64,000 bases of DNA. Origin: Candidatus Buchananbacteria bacterium. Its GTDB lineage: Bacteria > Patescibacteriota > Patescibacteriia > Buchananbacterales > UBA6539. Made by a program: the position numbers and the translations under genes. Every line of letters begins with the position of its first letter. Positions within the stretch are counted from its first letter, which is position 1. The notes below the pieces were generated by a model. It was given only the letters and a program-made list of their open reading frames with translations. It was not told the origin of the DNA and ran no database searches. Shown one piece after another: positions 57,950-64,000 of the stretch. The DNA lies in NCBI GenBank assembly GCA_013359225.1, contig JABWCG010000001.1:497627-561626 (forward strand), written 5' to 3'.

Positions 57950-59128
57950 TTATAATCCCGCCTGTTTTCGTAATGTGGCGGCCATATCAGTTTTTTCCCA
58001 AGTAAAATCAGGGTCAATTCTACCAAAATGACCATAGGCGGCAGTCTTTTTGTAGATTGGTCGTAGCAGGTTTAACGTCTTAATAATGCCCGCGGGCGTC
58101 AAATCGAAGTTTTTGCGTACTAAATTAGTTATCTTTTCATTACTAATTTTACCCGTACCAAAGGTGTCAACTAAAATGCTGATTGGCTCGGCAACGCCAA
58201 TGACATAAGCAACCTGAAGTTCGCATCGGTCTGCTAAGCCGGCGGCGACGATATTTTTTGCGACATATCGAGCCATGTATGAAGCGGAGCGATCAACTTT
58301 TGATGGGTCTTTGCCGGAAAAAGCGCCGCCACCGTGTGAACCATGGCCACCATAGGTGTCCACAATAATTTTACGTCCGGTCAAACCGGCATCAGCCGGC
58401 GGACCACACTTAATAAAGCGACCCGTAGCATTAACAAAAAATCTCGTCTTACTGTCAATATATTTTTTAGCAACCGGTTTAATAACTTTATTAAGGATAT
58501 CGCGTTCAACTTTTGCCTCATTAACATCTTCATTATGACTGGCCGCCACCACAATTGTGTCAATTCTTTTTGGTTTACCATCAACATATTCAACCGCCAC
58601 TTCAGCCTTACCGTCAGGACGTAGATACGGCAACACTTTTGTTTTTCTTAATTTTGCCAGTTGATGAGTAATTCGATGAGCCATAATAATTGGTAATGGC
58701 ATTAATTCCGGAGTGTCTTTACAGGCATATCCGAACATCAAGCCCTGGTCTCCAGCACCTTGCTTTTTGTATTTACCTCTACCAGCGTCAACCCCTTGGG
58801 CAATGTCAGGACTTTGCTCATCAATTGCAACCATAACGCCGCAGTCTTCCCAATGAAAACCAATCGCATGATCATCATACCCAATGCCCTTGATTGTTTG
58901 TCGAACAACGCTGGCAATATCAACATATCCCTTGGTTCTAATTTCTCCAGCTACCACCACCAAACCGGTAGTTGCTAAAGTTTCCACTCCGGCCCGAGAA
59001 TTTTTATCCTGCCGAAGCAATTCGTCTAAAATTGCATCCGAAATCTGGTCACATACTTTGTCCGGATGACCTTCGGTCACTGACTCAGAACTAAATATGT
59101 AACGATTCTGTTTTTTGGTCTCTTTCAT
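57950..59128 (-). CDS. metK: S-adenosylmethionine synthetase.
   Basis: [18 protein letters not shown] and [19 protein letters not shown] motifs. Confidence 0.9.
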   Translation of the reverse strand: MKETKKQNRYIFSSESVTEGHPDKVCDQISDAILDELLRQDKNSRAGVETLATTGLVVVAGEIRTKGYVDIASVVRQTIKGIGYDDHAIGFHWEDCGVMVAIDEQSPDIAQGVDAGRGKYKKQGAGDQGLMFGYACKDTPELMPLPIIMAHRITHQLAKLRKTKVLPYLRPDGKAEVAVEYVDGKPKRIDTIVVAASHNEDVNEAKVERDILNKVIKPVAKKYIDSKTRFFVNATGRFIKCGPPADAGLTGRKIIVDTYGGHGSHGGGAFSGKDPSKVDRSASYMARYVAKNIVAAGLADRCELQVAYVIGVAEPISILVDTFGTGKISNEKITNLVRKNFDLTPAGIIKTLNLLRPIYKKTAAYGHFGRIDPDFTWEKTDMAATLRKQAGL

Positions 59129-59165
59129 GGTTTTTCCTTTTAACCCCCAACTTAGTATTTAAATT

Positions 59166-60542
59166 TTATTCAAACCAATTAAAGGTTTTTGAATTAACAT
59201 CAAAATATGCCATTTTATTATAACTTTTTTTACCCAAACTGACAAAAATATTCCCGATTTTCTGGCCAACCCTCGCCGCTTCGTTCGCCGGCATGTTCAA
59301 GCGCTGCTCTAAAATATAGCGCAAAAAGGTCCGGATAAACTTGGGCTGAGCCGGAGTAGTCTTGAATTCCAAAGCAAAATCGGCGCCATACTGTTTTTCC
59401 CAAGTCACCAACAAAAATTTATTTAATTTCTCATCTTCAACAACAAACTTTTCCAAATCATCGGCCTGCGCCAAAATTCGTAACAAGGCAACCGTTCTAA
59501 TGATATTTTTATTTTGCACGGCAACCATAAATTCTGATCTTAGCTGTTGATTGTTATCACCAATCTTTTTAGAAATCTTTTCCATTTCCTTATCAATAGC
59601 AGAAGCCATTTTGACGTCACCACGATACGCCGCAACAATTTCTTCTTGGACTTGAGTAGTCTGAACAGTTGAATTTTCTACGACGACCGGATTAACATCA
59701 GTGGGGTTCGTATCAATTGCCGGACCAGCACTTTCTGACGGTAGAATAAAATCATTTTCTGAAATTGTTTTGATTTTTTCCGGCAATGGGCTCTTGCGAC
59801 CAGTATTAGTATTAGTCAAATTAATAATAGTTCCGTTTTCAATAGCCTTAATTTGTCCGTCGGCATCAATAAATACCAAATCATTCTCAACTCCTTCCGG
59901 TGTCATCGAAGAGGTTGTTAGGCGAAATAACAGCTTAAGCAAATTCTTTACTTTTAACCTATCTGCTTCAGACATTTTCAAATAATTTTTATTCTTCATG
60001 GTGTATTCAGCAAAATCAAGGTCGGTTGCCCTCACCCCTTTATTTTTGAAATAATCTGTAATTATATTGGCAACGGTCGCGGATTTTTCTTCGCCGTCAA
60101 CAACAATTTTTTGGTTGCTAATCAATTCTGTGTTATCACGCAGATGGTTTAAAAGTCTTTGTTTGAATTTATCCCGATCGGTAATTGGCAACTGAATCAA
60201 AAAAGCATTTAATCGGTCAAATAATCCAATATCGTCATCGGCTAAAACTTTAGCAATATCTTTTTCAAATAATGAGGTAACCACATTGTCCGACCAGCGC
60301 GGCAAAGATGTGAACTTTAACCTCACATTAGCCAGATTCAGCCGGTCAATATTGCGGGGAGAAATTTTTTCATAGTTTTTGGCCTGGAGCTCATCAATAA
60401 TCTTACTTAATTTGTAGGACTGTAAAATTTCCAAATCAAAAACTAACTGCTGAGACAAGCCTTCAATTTGGTCAACCAGCTGATTCGGATTTTCACCGCT
60501 GGCAACCGACTGTGCAATTGTTTTTAATTCTGTTTCGTACAT
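59166..60542 (-). CDS. Hypothetical soluble protein.
   Basis: 458 aa with no recognised motifs. It lies in the same tight gene string. Confidence 0.4.
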   Translation of the reverse strand: MYETELKTIAQSVASGENPNQLVDQIEGLSQQLVFDLEILQSYKLSKIIDELQAKNYEKISPRNIDRLNLANVRLKFTSLPRWSDNVVTSLFEKDIAKVLADDDIGLFDRLNAFLIQLPITDRDKFKQRLLNHLRDNTELISNQKIVVDGEEKSATVANIITDYFKNKGVRATDLDFAEYTMKNKNYLKMSEADRLKVKNLLKLLFRLTTSSMTPEGVENDLVFIDADGQIKAIENGTIINLTNTNTGRKSPLPEKIKTISENDFILPSESAGPAIDTNPTDVNPVVVENSTVQTTQVQEEIVAAYRGDVKMASAIDKEMEKISKKIGDNNQQLRSEFMVAVQNKNIIRTVALLRILAQADDLEKFVVEDEKLNKFLLVTWEKQYGADFALEFKTTPAQPKFIRTFLRYILEQRLNMPANEAARVGQKIGNIFVSLGKKSYNKMAYFDVNSKTFNWFE

Positions 60543-60564
60543 TTGCTTTTAATTTCCAAAAAGA

Positions 60565-63500
60565 TTAAAGCTCTCTTGGCCCCGAGGGCGGATTTTTTTT
60601 GCCTTGACTGCGATACAACGCCCTAATTCCGTTATTAATTGAGGTTAATAAACCAGAAGTGCTGGTCGGGTCAAGCGTACCGCCTTGTCTGGCACGACCG
60701 AGTTCGCCGAGCGCCTGGGCAATCTGAGTTTTTGCGTTTTGGTTAACCTGATTCTGCGGTAACTTAGCAAGCGATGACTGCATTGAAGTTAAAACATTTT
60801 CAATGTCAGACAACGCCTGAACAACCTCTGTTGAGTCAAAACTTCCTTTCAAAGCCTCCTGAACTTCTTCCGTCCTTTGAGCAACTTCTTCTTGGGCGGC
60901 TTTCACATATTCTTGAGGATTAACTCGCGAAGCCGCAGCTTCTTGAGCCGCCGGAGACGTTTCCCGAGCCGCCTGACGAACGGCCGAACGAGCTGCCGCG
61001 CTTGGAACGCCGCGAATTGAATCAACCATTTCTTTTGCCCGCAAGGTATCAGAGGCGGCCTTGGCGTATTCATCAGCCGCTTTCTTTAATCGTTCACGAG
61101 CGCTGCTAATTTCTGTATCAATATAGTCGTTGCGCTGCAATTCCTGATTACCTTCATTAGTCAAACGTTTTGCTTCGCCCACATTACCGGCCGCTTCCGC
61201 CTGTTTTGCCCGATCGAATAGGGCTTTGGCCGAGGCTTCACGTTGCCGTTTTTCTGATTCCCGTTCCCGAATATATGATTCTTCGCTGGTTTTAACCGTA
61301 TCATACTGGGATCGTGCACCACGCAAAGTTGAACGTGACGAACGATAAGTCTGCAAAGCGTCAAGCTCTTCCTGTTTCATTGCGCCCTCTAAAACTTCGT
61401 CCACTTTACCGGCAACCTGACCGGCCCGAGTCTTGATTGCTGAAGCAACGGTTCCCACCCCGGCGCCAACCTTGTCAAAACCTTTACCAACCTTGCTACC
61501 AAAAGCTCTTGCGGCGGAAGCGGCTTCACTCATCTTTTCAACACTCGCCTCACCACGAGACTTAATACCCATACCCTCTAATACTGCTCGAGTCTTGTTA
61601 TTCATTGCATACACACCCTTGCCAACACCAGCCATTTCAGCCACTGCTTCACGCTTCAAATCTTGATTACTAATACCATAGCCATACCGCTTGCGCAAAT
61701 CAGCTTGAATATCGCGCCGCTGGCTGGCATTTAATGAATTCCAATATTCATCAAGCTGTTGATCCGACATACCCATTGTCGAAGCATGAGCTTCTTCGTG
61801 GCGCTTAATATCTTCGTGCTGGTCAGTACTGCTGGTGTTAAATACTCTAAGGGTTTTGGCACGGCCGAGGCCTTCACGAACCCGATTAACAGCGTTATCA
61901 ATTCCTTCGTCAGTCATATTGAGCCTACCTTCTTCTCTTCTGCTTAAGAGCTGTTTACGATAAACTTCGGCAATTTTACTAATTGTTAAAAATTTACTAG
62001 CTTCATCATAATAAGCACCACTCATACCCTCTTCAACTCCCAAGGCTGCACGAACTTCTTCATTATCAAAATTAAGTCCTACGCCTGCTTGTAACGCACC
62101 TTCCTCAACTTCCGCCGGCAAAACAATTTTATCTCTATCTCGCTTATTTAAGACATAATCGCGCCACCGGAAATCTTTTTCAGCTTCAAATTGTTCCGGA
62201 TTAAAGTCAGCACTTTCAAAAAAGTTAAGTCCGGCATCCTGGTAACGGTCAACCATTTCACGCGTCCGGTCATGCTTAGTGCGGTCAAAGTCCTGCGCCA
62301 TACGAGGTGCTGACGGTACAGCACCAACAGCCGGAGTCGGAGTCGGCTCCGGAGCAATTCCCGGAATATAGGTATTAGTTCTAATGTCGTTAATAATATT
62401 GTCGTACGCCACCTGGCCAATCTGGGCGGATTTCTTTTGTGCAATTTCAGCAGCCAGATTATTGGCAAATGTTTCAATACCACCATTCTTTTTGATATAC
62501 TCTACTTCATTTGGTCTATCAACACCATTTCGGCCGCCATATTTAAAGCCAATTGTGGCATATGCCAAACCTCTGATGTTATTAGCCAGCATAGTATTAC
62601 CTGACTGTTCAGCCACCCGAGCTGTTTCTAACATCACGTCCACGTTTTCATATAACCGATCTTTGATTTCGTTAGACGCCATGTGAAATTCCGCCACCAT
62701 AGCTTTCGGGTTACGCTCCAGGTTAATCATGGCAAATTCCGACATACCAGCACCCATCGTATGAGTTTTATTTGGATCCTTAATATCATGCGGCCGCACC
62801 TCTTCCAAAAATCCTTGCCAAGTAGCAGTTTGGATGAATCTACGTCCCTCTTTCTTAGCCGCATATTTCTCTGCAATATCCTGCTGCTCCAGATAGCGGC
62901 CTTTGTCTTTAGTCATTAATTCAAATTTGCCGTTTTGAATATTCTTATTGCCCATTTTATACAAAAAGCCATCTTTGTTTGCAAAACCAACTTCACCCAA
63001 GTCAAACGCCACCTCTGCTTGAAATTCTTCGCCATAATCTTTAAACATATGGCGAACCGCTTCCTGAACATTATGTGTTGTATATTTAATGTTGCCATTA
63101 GAATCTCGATCCAGTTTTCGGGCTTGTTTTTCGGCATCGGTCAGTCCGGCTAATCGGACGTCGTCATTTGTATAATTATCGCCAAAAACATCCTGAGCCT
63201 GTAAAACAATTTCGTTAGCATTGTGGTCAGCCGTTAACTGCCGCAATTTAGCAATGGCATACACTTCACGGCCGGCCTTAACTTTGCCGGTTTTATCCAA
63301 GTCTTCATTCCGTAATTTATTCAAAACTTCTTCGGCGTCAGTTGTGGTGTCGGCTAATAGCCGCTGTTCGGCTGCAACCTCTCCGGCCCGTGCCCGTCGC
63401 GTGGCATTAGTCGGATTTTGATTAAACGGAATTGTACGGTTAAATACGTCCGTTAACGCCTGAGTACCAAGCCGCATGCGTTCACCTTCAACTCGCTGCC

Positions 63501-64000
63501 CTCGGGCCTGCCATGCTGCCGGAATCGAGCGTAAACGTAATCCGCCTTCCCGACCCAACTGGTCAAACCCTCTTTTCCGGCCCCAGGAAGTCTCACCAAT
63601 TCTTCTAAACAACGGCGCATTAACTTTAGCAAATAAATCATCGGCTCGTTTACCTGTCCAACGAAGCGCTGTAGCCTGGCCGGGGATAAATTTGCCTCGT
63701 CTGATATTTGAAAAAGCCGCTCCCGCAAAACTGCCGCCAGCCGTACCCATTTGTTGGGCAATTACCAACCCCGCCATCAGCATACCAATACCGATAATTA
63801 AAGATAATAATTTATTAACGTCGCCAATGCCGCTAAAAATCGCCGTACTGCCGGTGCCGCTGTTTGATTGAGTAAACTCATTAACTAAATCGGCTCCAGT
63901 CCCCGTTAATCCGGACTCTGCGCCGGCCGTCACTGAAGTGCCATCCAAAGGTATATCAACAGAGACTTGTCCTTGTTCCACCACGGCAAAAGATAACCAC
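60565..64000 (-). CDS. Very large (more than 1139 aa) membrane-anchored coiled-coil protein with an HEEAH motif; the 5' end runs off the window.
   Basis: The ORF is open to the window end, so the track start is not a real ATG. One N-terminal TM (LLSLIIGIGMLMAGLVIA) is followed by a long charged alpha-helical region containing IKRHEEAHASTMGM. Confidence 0.45.
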   Translation of the reverse strand, partial: WLSFAVVEQGQVSVDIPLDGTSVTAGAESGLTGTGADLVNEFTQSNSGTGSTAIFSGIGDVNKLLSLIIGIGMLMAGLVIAQQMGTAGGSFAGAAFSNIRRGKFIPGQATALRWTGKRADDLFAKVNAPLFRRIGETSWGRKRGFDQLGREGGLRLRSIPAAWQARGQRVEGERMRLGTQALTDVFNRTIPFNQNPTNATRRARAGEVAAEQRLLADTTTDAEEVLNKLRNEDLDKTGKVKAGREVYAIAKLRQLTADHNANEIVLQAQDVFGDNYTNDDVRLAGLTDAEKQARKLDRDSNGNIKYTTHNVQEAVRHMFKDYGEEFQAEVAFDLGEVGFANKDGFLYKMGNKNIQNGKFELMTKDKGRYLEQQDIAEKYAAKKEGRRFIQTATWQGFLEEVRPHDIKDPNKTHTMGAGMSEFAMINLERNPKAMVAEFHMASNEIKDRLYENVDVMLETARVAEQSGNTMLANNIRGLAYATIGFKYGGRNGVDRPNEVEYIKKNGGIETFANNLAAEIAQKKSAQIGQVAYDNIINDIRTNTYIPGIAPEPTPTPAVGAVPSAPRMAQDFDRTKHDRTREMVDRYQDAGLNFFESADFNPEQFEAEKDFRWRDYVLNKRDRDKIVLPAEVEEGALQAGVGLNFDNEEVRAALGVEEGMSGAYYDEASKFLTISKIAEVYRKQLLSRREEGRLNMTDEGIDNAVNRVREGLGRAKTLRVFNTSSTDQHEDIKRHEEAHASTMGMSDQQLDEYWNSLNASQRRDIQADLRKRYGYGISNQDLKREAVAEMAGVGKGVYAMNNKTRAVLEGMGIKSRGEASVEKMSEAASAARAFGSKVGKGFDKVGAGVGTVASAIKTRAGQVAGKVDEVLEGAMKQEELDALQTYRSSRSTLRGARSQYDTVKTSEESYIRERESEKRQREASAKALFDRAKQAEAAGNVGEAKRLTNEGNQELQRNDYIDTEISSARERLKKAADEYAKAASDTLRAKEMVDSIRGVPSAAARSAVRQAARETSPAAQEAAASRVNPQEYVKAAQEEVAQRTEEVQEALKGSFDSTEVVQALSDIENVLTSMQSSLAKLPQNQVNQNAKTQIAQALGELGRARQGGTLDPTSTSGLLTSINNGIRALYRSQGKKNPPSGPREL

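Noticed and set aside
1-64000. CRISPR arrays, transposases, integrases and restriction-modification or toxin-antitoxin pairs.
   Set aside because: No direct-repeat/spacer arrays were seen. No DDE or tyrosine/serine recombinase-like ORFs, inverted terminal repeats, or methyltransferase-nuclease pairs were found. The only repeats are short intergenic hairpins and the 12-nt (PT)n coding repeat.

Overview
This 64 kb window is gene-dense, about 90% coding, and most genes sit on the minus strand. Its content looks like a reduced-genome Patescibacteria/CPR-type bacterium; that lineage call is inference from gene content.

**Notable loci**
- **ATP-grasp / PP-loop pair (1-3401, minus).** Two co-oriented genes 4 nt apart: a PP-loop ATPase (2016-3401) and a tandem ATP-grasp ligase fusion (1-2011). 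The fusion is absent from the ORF track only because it runs off the window edge.
- **Type IV pilus (T4P) super-operon (about 16.6-41.7 kb, minus).** Transcription order is:
  - a 1234-aa fibre protein ending in a phage tail-fibre-type S74 intramolecular-chaperone domain, with dockerin-like Ca-binding repeats;
  - two secreted Trp/Cys-repeat proteins;
  - pilM-pilN-pilO and a small membrane ORF;
  - pilB, a CheY-like response regulator, pilT, pilC and pilin 3;
  - pilin 2;
  - a glycosylation-type cassette (YfhO, a SAM methyltransferase, a DUF2723 GT-C glycosyltransferase);
  - pilin 1;
  - pilD and four minor pilins;
  - ligA, gatC and gatA.
- **Conjugation-like T4SS module (53.7-64 kb, minus).** A PrgI/VirB3-like gene is followed by a VirB4-family ATPase that is split into an N-domain ORF and an ATPase ORF by a single in-frame TAA. 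metK is embedded in the cluster. It also includes several large hypothetical proteins, among them a window-truncated protein of more than 1139 aa carrying an HEEAH motif.

**Housekeeping genes.** rpoD-dnaG, a P-type ATPase, a short-chain dehydrogenase/reductase (SDR), dsbA, lemA with an htpX-like M48 peptidase, clpC, radA, recG and comFC.

**RNA genes.** Five tRNAs: Asn-GTT, Ser-TGA, Ser-GGA, Arg-GCG and Ser-GCT. Three of them are enclosed by flanking repeats that could extend the acceptor stem.

**Not found.** No CRISPR array, transposase or integrase.

Coordinates for hand-annotated features (tRNAs, promoters, hairpins) are counted from the line labels. The labels are off by 1 nt relative to the ORF track around 55.6 kb, so hand-counted positions in that region may be off by 1.
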